DNA of 64,000 nt from Octopus vulgaris. Lineage: Eukaryota. The stretch is from contig OX597830.1 in the NCBI GenBank assembly GCA_951406725.2, positions 24,738,001 to 24,802,000 of the forward strand. The letters run 5' to 3'. The notes under the pieces are model-generated. The model did no database searches, was not told the origin of the DNA, and worked only from the letters and a program-made list of their open reading frames with translations. The stretch's first letter is position 1. Each line of letters opens with the position of its first letter. This document shows positions 1 to 12,751 of the stretch, one piece after another. Position numbers and translations under genes: made by a program.

Positions 1-743
1 ACTGCACCCCACTAGCTACTCTAGTGTATATATGCTGCACATATGTATGCATATATGCACCTCAACCGCACCCCACTAGCTACGCTAGTGTATATATCTG
101 TATGCAGGCCACTGTCGCTATACAATGTCTTCCTAGCTGTGTATGTGTGTGTGTGCGTGTGTCTATGTTCCTAGTTAAGTACGTATTTGTTTAGCGTACC
201 CTCCCACCGCCACCAGCATGTCTTACTAACAGTTGTAACATTTGTCAACCTCTACGGTTTCACTCTCCTCCCCTTCCCCCCTCCCCCCCCTCTTATCGTG
301 TTATGTTTACTGATTGATATTAGAAGTCGAGAAGGCGGTTTGTCGAAGGCGAAAGACTGTCCTGTCTATACGGGTGTGTGAGTGAATGCATCTGTATGTG
401 TTTTGTGTCGTTCCGGCTTGCTCAGTATCTATACACCTTAAGCTTTATTGTATTGAAGTAATCCAGTCACAGTGTCTCTTCTTCGACGTGTGTATGTGAC
501 TGTCATTACATCTATCTATTTCTTGTGTGCTTATTTACAAGCGTATTCATTCACCACTCTTAACTATTGTAGAGAAATATGTTTACGTGCGAATTGTCCA
601 CATACCAGAGGGTCCCAGCTGAGATGTTTTGAATTGTTTCCCTCTATTGTCATTCGCCCTTTCCTCTTTTCCCCTCCCTCACATGCCATCCTTCTACTTC
701 TCGTTTCCCCTCTCCCCTCTCTCTAGAATGTATAGATATATAT

Positions 744-950
744 TTGTTTCAGTCACTGAACTTCGGCCATGCTGGGGCATCACCTTGAAGGGCGTTGGTC
801 AAACAAATCGCCCCTAATACTGTTTTTTCTTTTCTTTTTTTTTTTTTTTAAGCCTGGAACTTTGTCTATTAGTGTCTTTTGCCGAACTGCTAAGTTATGA
901 GGGTGTAAACAAGTCAACACTGACTGTCAAGCAGTGATGGGGGTAAAACA
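744..950 (-). mobile_element. SINE family A (tRNA-derived, internal microsatellite), 3' half
   Basis: Reverse complement of the family tail (ttgtttcagtca...ggccatgctgg...tttgccgaactgctaagtta) that recurs more than 15 times in the window. Confidence 0.75.
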
Positions 951-1149
951 CAAAGCTACACTCATACATACATACATACATACATACACACACACACATA
1001 CATACATACATACATATATACACCCATACATACATACACACACATACATATGCACATTCATACACACGCACCATACATACATACATACACACACATACAT
1101 ATACACGCACATACATAGATACACACACACATACATACATACATACACA

Positions 1150-1297
1150 CAGTTCAGCAAAAGAGACTGATAGAATAAGTACTAGGCTAACAAAGAATAA
1201 GTTTTGGGGTTGATTTCTTCAACTAAAAAAACCCTTTAAGGTGGTGCTCCAGCGTGATCGCAGTCAAATGACTGAAACAAGTGAAAGAGTGAAAGAA
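1150..1297 (+). mobile_element. SINE family A, 3' half
   Basis: cagttcagcaaaagagactgatagaataagtactaggc...gcagtcaaatgactgaaacaagt tail. Confidence 0.8.
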
Positions 1298-1320
1298 TGT
1301 ATGTATGTATCTTTTTTTTA

Positions 1321-1723
1321 TTTTACTTGTTTCAGTCATTTGACTGCAGCCATGCTGGAGCACCACCTTTAGTCGAGCAAATCAACCCCAGCACTTATTC
1401 ATTGTAAGCCTAGTACTTATTCTATCGATCTCTTTTGCCAAACCGCTAGTTTATGGGGACGTAAACACACCAGCATCAATTGTCAAGCGATGTTGGGGGA
1501 ACAAACACAGACACACAAACGCACACATATATATATATACATATATATAACAGGCTTCTTTCAGTTTCCGTCTACCAAATCCACTCATAAGGCTTTGGTT
1601 GGCCCAAGGCTATAGTAAAAGACACTATAGCCTTGGGCCGAACAAAGGTGCCACACAGTGAGACTGAACCCGGAACCATGTGATTGGTAAGCAAGCTGCT
1701 TACCACACAGCCTCTCCTACGCC
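1321..1723 (-). mobile_element. SINE family A, full length (octopus tRNA-SINE; exact OK/OR1/OR2 assignment not determined)
   Basis: Minus strand has A-box-like ggctgtgtggtaag, B-box-like gggttcagtc, body, internal TA/CA tract and gactgaaacaagtaaaa tail. Confidence 0.9.
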
Positions 1724-1950
1724 TACAGTGTATATGTATGAGTCTAGAGAGATATGTTATCAGACTGGATACCAAGGTAGCTCTCAGTTATGTTTGGGTT
1801 ACGTTACACTGTGCAATGGAAACACATGTCATAACCATAAAAATATGTTGTATGAAATTGTAAAATATAAGGAAATAAATTTTGAGTAGGTACCAGCCTC
1901 CACATTCTATATCATTATAATTATTGCTTATATATATATATATATATATG

Positions 1951-2122
1951 TCCCGTTCGTCAGACAGTTTTTCTTAACAAAACTGTCCGACAAACAGGAA
2001 CGTGAAACTCCAAGTAACAGCTTTTGTTAAATTTCTGCTGCTTTTAAATAAAGCATATTACTCTACCTCTGGTATTTGAGTACTCTTTTTTCCACCTTGT
2101 TTCACATTTATGTGTTTAATCC

Positions 2123-2124
<2 letters not shown>
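1951..2124 (+). mobile_element. Short hairpin-headed insert in (TA)n, probable PLE-derived terminal fragment
   Basis: Flanked by (TA)n on both sides; ~20-bp inverted repeat cccgttcgtcagacagtttt / aaaactgtccgacaaacagg; GAAA-ctccaag-TA resembles a hammerhead 3' half. Confidence 0.5.
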
Positions 2125-2154
<30 letters not shown>

Positions 2155-2156
<2 letters not shown>

Positions 2157-2416
2157 CCTGACAGGCACCTATGCCGGTGGCATGTAATAGGCACCATTTG
2201 AGCATGGTCGATGACAGTGCCGCCTGACTGGCTCCTGTGCTGGCGGTACACAAAAACCACATACTACATTCTCAGAGTGGTTGGCATTAGGAAGGGCATC
2301 CAGCTGTAAAAACCTTGCCAGATCAGATTGGACCCTGGTATGGCCACCTGGCTTGCCAGTCAAACCGTCCAACCCATATCAGCATGGAAAGTGGAATGTT
2401 AAATGATAATGATGAT
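2155..2416 (+). mobile_element. SINE family B (ttggcattaggaagggcatccagc body, (GAT)n tail, probably RTE-type tail)
   Basis: Further copies at about 5480-5660(-), 11066-11250(-), 14600-15020(-), 29017-29194(+), 31275-31420(-), 47315-47540(-), 50035-50427(+). Confidence 0.8.
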
Positions 2417-2631
2417 AGATATATGTATGTATTTATATATACACATACACGCGACAGGCTTCTTTCAGTTCTTATCTACCAAATCCACGTAGAAGACCCA
2501 TGCCTAAGCGAGATTCTTACAGCATGTCTGTGCCTATGAATATGTCGTGTGTGAATTTCTTAAATGTTTTTCCCATTCACATTGTTTTCATATTCACTTT
2601 CTTCCTGTTGTCGCATCTATCTGTCTGTCTG

Positions 2632-2739
<108 letters not shown>

Positions 2740-3165
2740 ACGCACACACACATATGCTCTCTCTCATATACACACATTCTCTCTCTCTCTCTCATGCACA
2801 CACACTCTTACATGCATGCATACACACACACTCATTCACATACATTCTCTCTCACATATGCAAAGACTCTCTCTCTCTCTATCTGTCTCTCTATCTATCT
2901 ATCATTACTCATTCTATTACATTAATCCCTTTCTAATTCTTTTGGAATACCTACATAGGTTCAAACCCAATCACAGCCATTTCAGTGAGGCCCCTTAACC
3001 AGTTTGCTCTTACTTCAGTTGACTACATGTTTTTAATCTCAAATCATCAGACTTGATCCAAGCATAACTATGGTCAAATGCATTTCAACCATGACCATCC
3101 TGTTTTATTCGTAGATGTATATTTAAGTCTAATATTATTTAATGAATCAAAACTTTTGGCTAATA

Positions 3166-3219
<54 letters not shown>

Positions 3220-3328
3220 GTCAATTCACCAAATTTAATTATCCCTTAAGACACCAAATAGTTACTGTATTAATTTGCTATCCATAGTTCTTCTCTCAAT
3301 CCAATTTATTCAAGATTTTACAGCTAAT

Positions 3329-3800
3329 TATTTACATTATTTATATTTGATGGATATTTGTCCTCATCTTGTTTGTTGTTAACACAATGCTTCAGCTAAT
3401 ATACCCTCCAGCCTTCATCAGGTGTCTTGGGGAAATTTTGAGCCTGGGTTCTCATTCCTAAGGTATTTTTTGATGCTGCTGCTGTTGCTGTTATTCAGGT
3501 CACTACCTGGAATCAAACTCACCATATGTCCATGGGCATATGGCGTGGTGGTTAAGAGCATGGGCTACTAACTCCAAGATTCTGAGTTCGATTCCAGGCA
3601 GTGACCTCAATAATAATAGGAATAAGAATAAGAAGAAGAAAAATAATAACATTGAAAAATACCTTAGGAATGAGAACCCAGGTTCGAAATTTCCCCAAGG
3701 TACCTGATGAAGGCTGGAGGGTATATCAAACAAGATGAGGACAAATATCTGTCAAATGTAAATAATGTACATAATTCTTCATCTCTTAAATATAGAACTG
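3329..3800. mobile_element. Palindromic tRNA-head plus hammerhead-like element, copy 1
   Basis: Arms 3329-3520 and 3534-3770 are inverted copies; unpaired tail to 3800; TSD tttacagctaat (3317-3328) / tttccagctaat (3801-3812); homologous to 45239-45808. Confidence 0.85.
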
Positions 3801-4694
3801 TTTCCAGCTAATCTCTCATAATTGCCCGAAATGAAAGATTAGGAAATTATTGTCACTAAAAGCTGACAACGAAGAACAATCTTTAGAAGTATTTATCTCT
3901 TCCTTCTCTCACCTCTCATTTACCATTCCTTATTTCTCTGGCATTGTTGCATTTTCTTGCTAATTGAAACACCAGTTCCCTTTCTCTCTGTTGATTGAGT
4001 GAGATTTGGCTGTTATATCTAGAATGGCAAGCTACTGTACAATGGTTACCTTTGTGAGTTTTTGTCTGGCTACGACCGTGTCAACACGACCTGTTGCAAA
4101 AGTTTTTTTTCTTCTTCTTTGAAAATATTGGGCATGATGGTATCAAAACCATTGGTGATATGACTGGTGTGTGGTTTGTACTCTGTAGTTGACAGTCTCA
4201 CCTTTATCTCTCCCAGGGAGTTTTACCTGTTATATGGTAAGTTATAGCAGTAACTACATTTGCATGCAAGCTACTTTATAAAAGAAACATTGTTTTTTTT
4301 TTTTTATCAAACCTCCTGTGGGTTAACTTGGGATCCCTTGATGACAATGGGACCTTCAATTGACAAAGGTACCTTTGGCCAGATGAGTAGCTATTGGAGT
4401 ACCCCTCATTGAGTAATTCCTACTTTCAAAGTTCTGCTAGCTAGGAAACATATGTGGCCTGGATTTTACCTATTCCATTCCCTAAATTTGGATTTTTATT
4501 CACATACATAGCAACCCTAGTTGCTAACTGTGAACTATATAATAATGTTTTCTTTTTTCAGTTTACTGAACTTCAATATAGGTAAAATTAAAAAATTTCT
4601 ATGCCAATAAACCACTATTGTTCCTTCTGTGGACTGCTCCAAACTTACTAACTTCCTATGTGTGGATCCTTGAACCTTTCTTTTACATACATAT

Positions 4695-5107
4695 AGGTGT
4701 AGGAGTGGCTGTGTGGTAAGTAGCTTGCTTACCAACCAAATGGTTTCGGGTTCAGTCCCACTGTGTGGCACCTTGAGCAATTGTCTTCTACTATAGCCTC
4801 GGGCCGATCAAAGCCTTGAAAGTGGATTTGGTAGAGGAAACTAAAAGAAGCCCGTCATATATATATATATATATATATGTGTATGTGTGTGTATATGTTT
4901 GTGTGTCTGTGTTTGTTCCCTCCAACATCGCTTTGACAATGCTGGTGTGTTTACATCCTCATAACTTAGTGGTTCGACAAAGGAGACCAATAGAATAAGT
5001 TCTAGGCTTACAAAGAATAAGTCCTGGGGTCAATTTGCTTGACTAAGGGCAGTGCTCCAGCATGGCCACAGTCAAATGACTGAAACAAGGAACTGAGTAA
5101 AAGAGTA
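4695..5107 (+). mobile_element. SINE family A, full length
   Basis: ggagtggctgtgtggtaagtagcttgc...gggttcagtccc head, internal TA/TG tract, tail. Confidence 0.9.
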
Positions 5108-5135
5108 TAGCATTATATATATATATAATCATATA

Positions 5136-5447
5136 TTGTGTCATCCCATAAATAATGCGCTTTCTTTTATAGCTCTTTTATTTTTCAAAATGAAGATAAA
5201 CAAAGTTCTTTTTTAATCTGAAATATACTCTCCTTCATTTTCTACAATGCTCTTTCATCTATCTGGTAGACTTGCAAGGCCCCTTTTCCAAAATTCACTT
5301 GTCCATGAAGAAAAATACTCCTCTGGTACTGTTTTTTGCAACATTTGTCTATTTTTTAACGAAGTATCACACAAAATAATTTTTTGCTTTAATCTTGGTA
5401 TTAAATGGTTTTGATTTACTGTCGGGTGACCTTTAGCCAACCCTGTA
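5136..5447 (-). pseudogene. Mariner transposase C-terminal remnant joined to a Tc1/mariner-type TIR
   Basis: Minus translation EEYFSSWTSEFWKRGLASLPDR*KSIVENEGEY is a mariner C-terminus; tacagggttggctaaaggtcaccc terminus on the minus strand near 5447. Confidence 0.7.
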
Positions 5448-6296
5448 TAAATGTTTATCATATGCATATAAATATATCACCATCCTCATTGTTGTCATTT
5501 AGCCTCCACTTTCCATGCTGGAGAGTTCGACGGTTTGCTGGCAAACCAGCAAAAACTGCACTAGGCCCAATTATCAGCTTTGACATTGTTTCTATGGCTG
5601 GTTGCCCTTTAGAGGGCAACTACTTAACAAAGTGTACTGGCTGCTTTTTATGTGACACCAATATTTGTATGTATGTATATGTGTATAGGTGCAGGTATGG
5701 TTGTGTGGTTAGAGAATTTGCTTTGAAACACATGGTTCTCGATTCAATCCCACTGTGAGGTAGCTTGCGCAAGAATCTTCTATTAAAACTCTGAACTAAC
5801 CAAAACTTTGTAAGTAGATTTAGTAGATCAACACTGAAAGAAACCCTGTGTGTGTGCATATGTATATGCACATCTCCCAGTGTCTTCACATCAGGAACCA
5901 GTTGTGTGCAATCTTTTGTGGAAACATATCCAGCCATTGTGTCCTTTGTGCTTGAATAATCAAGGAAAATATTACCTTCCTTGAAAATAGGTGGGGGCTG
6001 TCGATAGGAAGGGCTCCTGGCCATAGAAAATCTGCATCAGTGAATTTCATCTAACCTATAAAAGCGTAGAAAAGTTGATATCAAAATGGCAATGGTGATT
6101 ATAATGTATGTCATTCAAGACCAACAAAATAGCACCAGCAGTGGTGGTGGTAGTGGTAGTAGTTGTAATTAAATAGTAGTCTTGGCACATCTAGTAACAA
6201 TAGATTATGTGTTGCAGTTTATTGGTTGACCTACCTACAGTGCCATACAATTCGATCAATTTGAACTGATTTAGAGCTGTATAACACTACCAACAA

Positions 6297-6372
6297 CAAG
6301 ATCTGCCAGAAAGGAGTTTAGCCCAAGGAAAGATTTGCAAGATCTGCCAGAAAGGAGTTTAGCCCAAGGAAA
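6297..6372. repeat. Tandem duplication, period 41 bp
   Basis: caagatctgccagaaaggagtttagcccaaggaaa at 6297 and 6338. Confidence 0.9.
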
Positions 6373-6401
6373 ACTCAGAGAGTCAGGGAGGAGCTCCTTA
6401 A

Positions 6402-6599
6402 CCCTTTCGTTACTGGATTTATTTTGAGATGCTGTGTGTTTCTTTCAATTATTTTAATATATAACAAAGAATTTAGTAAAATAACTTAGTTATCATTAAG
6501 CTAGTGTTAGGAACATAAATTGTGACTAAGGTTTGGTGGGAGATTTTAATTCAAAACTTATGAAAACAAGACTTTTCAGTCGGGTTAGTAACAAAAGGG
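6402..6599. mobile_element. piggyBac-type MITE family 1
   Basis: TTAA on both sides (6398-6401, 6600-6603); TIR ccctttcgttac / gtaacaaaaggg; second copy at 26667-26887. Confidence 0.85.
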
Positions 6600-8756
6600 T
6601 TAATGAGCTCTTAAGCCCTTCTTTGAAAGGAATCATTACAAATCCCTTGAGTTTTGAAAGGGCTTCCCTATCAGGGCCCGAAAACCATCTTGTCTCACAT
6701 TGTTAAATGGCTCTCATAAACCCCATTTATTATTTTGGTGGTTCTTCTGTACCCAGAGATTTGTTATTAGTAGCAACTATTTTCTGTCCACTTAGGTATA
6801 TAAATACACGCACACACAACATGTTAGTAACAAACTATTAAAATAAATACTCATCATTGAAAAGGTAAATAAATACTTCTCTGTTGTAGAATTTTCATCA
6901 TTATTCTGGTACCTGAGATTTTCCACTGATGGAGATGAGCATGTTTTTCCACCAGGATTTGTAAAAACACCAATGGCACTCTTATCAGCTTAAATAGAGT
7001 AGCATTTGTATTTTGAATTGAAAATGCTAATTTCTGTCAAGAGAAAGTACTTGAGAAATAATGAATATTAAATACACACACATATACATACATACATACA
7101 TAAATATATATAGTAAAAAATATAAAAGAAGGAAAATGTACATTTTGTAAAACATCCTTCCTTCTACTAACAAGGAATGAAAATTTATGATAGCATGAAA
7201 TTATAACATTATCACTTACTAACATGATTAGCATAATTAAAACTGGTTGACTATGTAAATATTTTATTTCATAAAAAAATATATGTATATAATGCACAAG
7301 CCAGTGCCCCAGCATGGCCTCAATCTAATACTGAAACAAGTAAAAGAGAAAGGATATATATTTTCCAAGAAAATATCTGTACATTTTCTTTCTTGTTATA
7401 TTTTTTTTACTACAATTCACCTCAGGGAATTTTTTCCTCTAACCTTTAAGTATCTGTGTTCCCAAGCATGTTTATATCTATTTCATCATGCTTTGTCCAA
7501 ACACCAAACTGTTGAACAGTTTTCAACATATACCAAAGTGGTAACAGTTTGTGTTTTTCATTCTTTGTAACAAATCAACTGTGTTTCACATTGTCCTCTT
7601 TTCAGAGGAAAAGAAGTGTGAGAAAGATAATATAGAAGCTTTAATAGCATTTGTAAAGTCTTTCAGTTTACAATTTTCTGACTATTTTATTTATAGGTGC
7701 CAGCATGGCTGTGTGATTAAGAAATTCACTCCACAACTACGTGGTTTCAATTTCAATCCAACTGAACAGTACCTTAGACAAGGGGCCCCTAATTCTGGTC
7801 CCAAACCAAGCAATGACTTGTGTGTGAATTCGAAAAATTAAAACTGAACTAAACCCATAGTGTGTGTGTGTGTGACTATTGATATTTCACTTGTCACTAT
7901 TTGAGCAAAGCAATGGTGATGTTTATATTCCTTGTTGCCATTATGACCAATCTTTATGTACCTTCAAAGACCATCAGAATATAAATTCTCTTGCTTGAAA
8001 AACTGGTGTGGGTTGGTTAGAGAATGTGCACCCAATCATAAAATCCTACCACAAAATCATTTCTTGTCTAAGCCATGATAGCATCATCATCATTTAAATA
8101 TATCCGCTTCTCCATGCTTACATGCATCAAACAGAATTTGTTGAGGCCTTCCTGTCTCCAGCCCTCACATGTTCCCTATATCCATGACTGGACTTGTTTC
8201 CACTGAATATCAGAAACAAGCAACACCACTTGTGTGAAGGTGGCACTCATTTACAACAACAATTATGTGATGTCATGACAAAGAAACACAAGCACACACA
8301 TACAACCATGTTCATACACATGCACATGACCATATGTATGCATGCACGTGCACACGCATGCATGTGCACACAAACATGATGGACTTCTTTCAGTTTCTCT
8401 CTGTCAAATTTGCTTACAAGGCTTTGCTTGGCCTAAGTCTATAACAGAAAACACTTGCCTAAGGTGCCAATGCAGTGGGACTGAACCTAAGACAATATGG
8501 GTAGGAAGCAAACTTCTTAGCCACAGAGCCATGCCTGTGTCTTACTGGAAAAAAATGGATTTTAAAGAATCAAATGATATTTTCTCTCCAAAGAAGGACA
8601 AGTGTGCAGAACATTAGATACTTTTTCCACTTCTTACAATAAATCAACTCAGAGTAATTGTGATTTTTTTTTTTGTTTTGTACAGTCTTTCTTGACTTAT
8701 CATAAAACGAATTTAATCAACTCCCCAAAAAAGATGTAAATTTAAAAGTTTCTACA

Positions 8757-9170
8757 GGTGCAGACATGGCTGCGTTGTAAGAAGCTTGCATTCCAACCAC
8801 ATAGTTCTGGGTTCAATACCATTGCATGGTACCTTGGGCAAATACCTTCTACTATAGCCTTAGGCTGACCAAAGCTTTGTGAGAGGATTTGGTAGACAGA
8901 AACTGAAAGAAGCCCATCGCATATCTGTGTGTGTGTGTGTGTGTGTGTGCCTTTGTCTTTGTGTCTGTGTTTGTCTCCCACCACTGCTTGACAACTGGTG
9001 CTGGTGTGTTTACATCCCTGTAACTTGGTAGTTCAACAAAAGAGACCGATAGCATAAGTATCAGGCTTTAAAAATAAGTACAGGGATCAATACATTCAAC
9101 TAAAAATTCTCCAAGGTTGTGCCCCAGCTTGGCCGCAGTCTAATGACTGAAACGAGTAAAAGATAAAAGA
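8757..9170 (+). mobile_element. SINE family A, full length
   Basis: Head, internal (TG)n, aatgactgaaacgagtaaaaga tail. Confidence 0.85.
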
Positions 9171-10099
9171 TACCAAAATGGGTTCATCTGAAAGATCTTT
9201 GCAGTAATCTTACTCAACAGGGTCAGTAGTTTAGAAATCGGGGGTCTCTCAGGTTGACCACTATTTCTCTGCATCGATAGTTCAAACCTATTGTATTACA
9301 GACCTGTGGTGAGAATGCCACCAAGATGGATTACAAGACAGATTTTTTAAACCAAGCCAACCCACTGGGACCTAGGGGTAGACCATGAGCAAGATGGTCA
9401 GATAATTATTCATAATTACAGTTGGACACACTTGGGGAATCCAGCAGGAATGTTTAATGACAGTTGTTTCAATCAAGACTCTGGCAGAGATGCTAGAGGA
9501 CCCTACCCCCAACGATCTACTCTACCCATATATTTGTTATAAAAAACAATCGCTTCTGGACAAGTGAACGATTTCTTTTTTCCAGCCTATTCCTTACACT
9601 ATAACCCTGATTTGTGCCATCCCAAGTCATTTTAAATGAAGAAAATTCACTTTAGTATTAAAAAACTTTTCTTGAGATACATGTGTCCCATTAGGAGCAA
9701 AGGGGTTAATCAAAGAAGGAAAGGCATTTCTCATGACCCTTCAGAAATCCTCCAAGACTTGTAGGAGAAAGAGAGCAAGTTATTCTCAGAGTGGATATCT
9801 AGATGTAATGCTTGTAACAAAGTAGACTTCACAAAAGGTATCCAAGTGTGAGACAGTGGTGTTGGACTGGGTGACAGGTTAAGTCTTCCAATCAAGAACA
9901 GAAGTTGTTCCTTTCCACATGGTTTTCACACACCAAATTTTATTCACAGGCTTTGGTCAACATAAGGTATAAGATGCTTGCCCAACACACTGTACAGTGG
10001 GATTGAACCAGAAATTGTGTAGCTGAGAATTATTTTAATCACACCAATATTTGAAAGAGAAAAGAACTGTAGATTCTGACAGTGGCTTTCTTGCTCTTT

Positions 10100-10161
<62 letters not shown>

Positions 10162-11332
10162 ATACATAAAGTCAAAGCATTATTGTGCCTTCTAGTATGA
10201 AGTTGAAGGTTAACATTCTCTTAACCATTGCTTTTGTATTTCATATGTCGACCTTCATCCACCTTGAAATTGAACTATTTTCAAGAGATAACATAATGAT
10301 ATGATGCACACAACCAAAGGTTACTAGCACCATTCGCCACAGGATACCTTTGCAATATTAACTTGAGAGCCAACAAGAGGGAGAGCAGGAGGGCGGTTGG
10401 TGTAGAGGGCTGAGTTGATAACCCGAACATAACTGGAGTGACAACCAGACAGTATGACAAAAGATGTAGCAGTTATTATACACTCTGATGACTTTCTTTC
10501 ACAACAAAGCTATATTTAGCTGTTACACATTTTTTCCCCTTCGTTAATGAGTTGCAGATTCATTAACAAAATATTGAGAACAACTACAACACTCTTAAGG
10601 ACACCGAAACGCAGACACTGAAGATGAGTGGGTCGGTGTGTGTGTGTGTGTGTAGTGGGAGGGGGCTCGTACAAACAAATGTGTTTTTATATTAAAAGTT
10701 TCTTAGAAGATCACCTGTCATGTTCAAAACAGGTATTTTCTCAGGTAACCTACTAAGGATAATAATCTCATTCTACCTCACCCATCCACCCGACAACCAC
10801 CAAAACCATCATTAAGTTGCTACAGTTTGGGCTGTGCTTCATTTCAAAGTAGATGAATTTATTCTATTTAACTATAGCACTCAGCACCTATTTCATGTGC
10901 GTGCACACGTGTGTGTGTGTGTACGTGTGTGTATCTATTTGCTTTTGTTTCTTACAAATCAGTTTAAAGAGAAATGATTTATTGATTAGTGCGAATATAT
11001 ATGTTAAACACACACACACATACATGTTGATATATACTCGTATGTATGTATGTAAATATTTGTATATCATCACCGTCATCCTCTAACATCTGTTTTCCAT
11101 ACTGGCATGGGTTGGACAGTTCGACCAGAACTGGCAAACTGCTAAGATGCATCAGGTTCCAGTTTGTTTTGGCCTGGTTTCTATGGTTAGATGCCCTTCC
11201 TAATGCCAACCACTTTACAGTATGTGCTTGGTGCTTTTAATGTGCCACTAGCACAAACACACTTAGATGGCACTGACACAAGTGCTTCTCATGTGATGTA
11301 AATTCACATTTGTGTGTGTATGTATGTATGTA

Positions 11333-11384
<52 letters not shown>

Positions 11385-11479
11385 ACTTACAATTTTAACC
11401 TTTAAAGGTATTTTAATATGCTTCCACTTTCGATGGAATTTTTTTCTGAAAAAATTTTTATCATATATTAGTAGTAGTA

Positions 11480-11547
<68 letters not shown>

Positions 11548-11980
11548 TTGTTTATATATATGTGTAAGTGTGTGTGTGTGTTTGTTTATATATATGTGTA
11601 AGTGTGTATGTGTGTATTTATATGTATGTGTATATATTTATATGAATATGTATTTGTATACATGTGTATACAAATATATGTGTTATATATATATAAATAT
11701 TTTTAAGGTTTAAGCAACATATTGCTTCGCCACATACTGAAAATTTAGAAATAGCAGCCAAAGACAGTTCATTCCTTTTTACTACAGATATTACTCTACA
11801 GATAACAATATTTGTAACTGACATAGGCAAAAAGAACAAAAATAACGAAATCAAACAGTCTTCGATTAATTATGGACACGTTTCTGGATTAGAATTATAC
11901 AAATTCATTTCCATCCTCAATAAATTAATTAATATCCATCCTTAATAAATTGATAATTCTTTACCTTATTTCTGTAATAC

Positions 11981-12070
<90 letters not shown>

Positions 12071-12751
12071 GTATGTATATAAAGTAGTCGGGATCTAAAT
12101 CATACTGGCAATTAATTTCATAGCCCTCCAATATATATTTGGTTAACAAGGTACTCGGGAAGAATACACAGATACTATTAATTAATCAACCAGTAAATAT
12201 AGCAAGCAGTACAATGTTAACTATCCTATAATGATATTAAACATCCTATAAATTCATTTATGTAGCAATAAAACTCTCCACTTATTACGTGGTAGTAAAA
12301 TATAGCAAAGGAATAAGAAAGGCCAGTTTAAACTTTTGCTAAATGTGTTTGTATAGTATGACCATTTATTCGGTAATGCTTAATATTATACAACTTTACA
12401 TAATTGCATGACCACACCGTTTCATCAGGAACAATCAAACCATAAAGTTATGTAATATTATGCACTATTGAATAATTGGCCACTCTATGGAAACATGTGT
12501 AGCAAAAATTTAAGTTGTTTATTCTTGTTACTTTACTTTACTACACACACACACATATATATATATATTAGGTTGTAAAGTACGAAATTTGTAGTAAGGA
12601 ATATGATAAACTTTGACAGTTGCTCATTTTGCACCATTACTATATTTTGACAATCTTTATTTTTTGTCAGAAAGCTGACGCATCTATTTCTTTATTCTAA
12701 CTCATTTTGCGCTTTATAAAGTATTTATAAATTGTTTTTTGCTTTTTTTGT

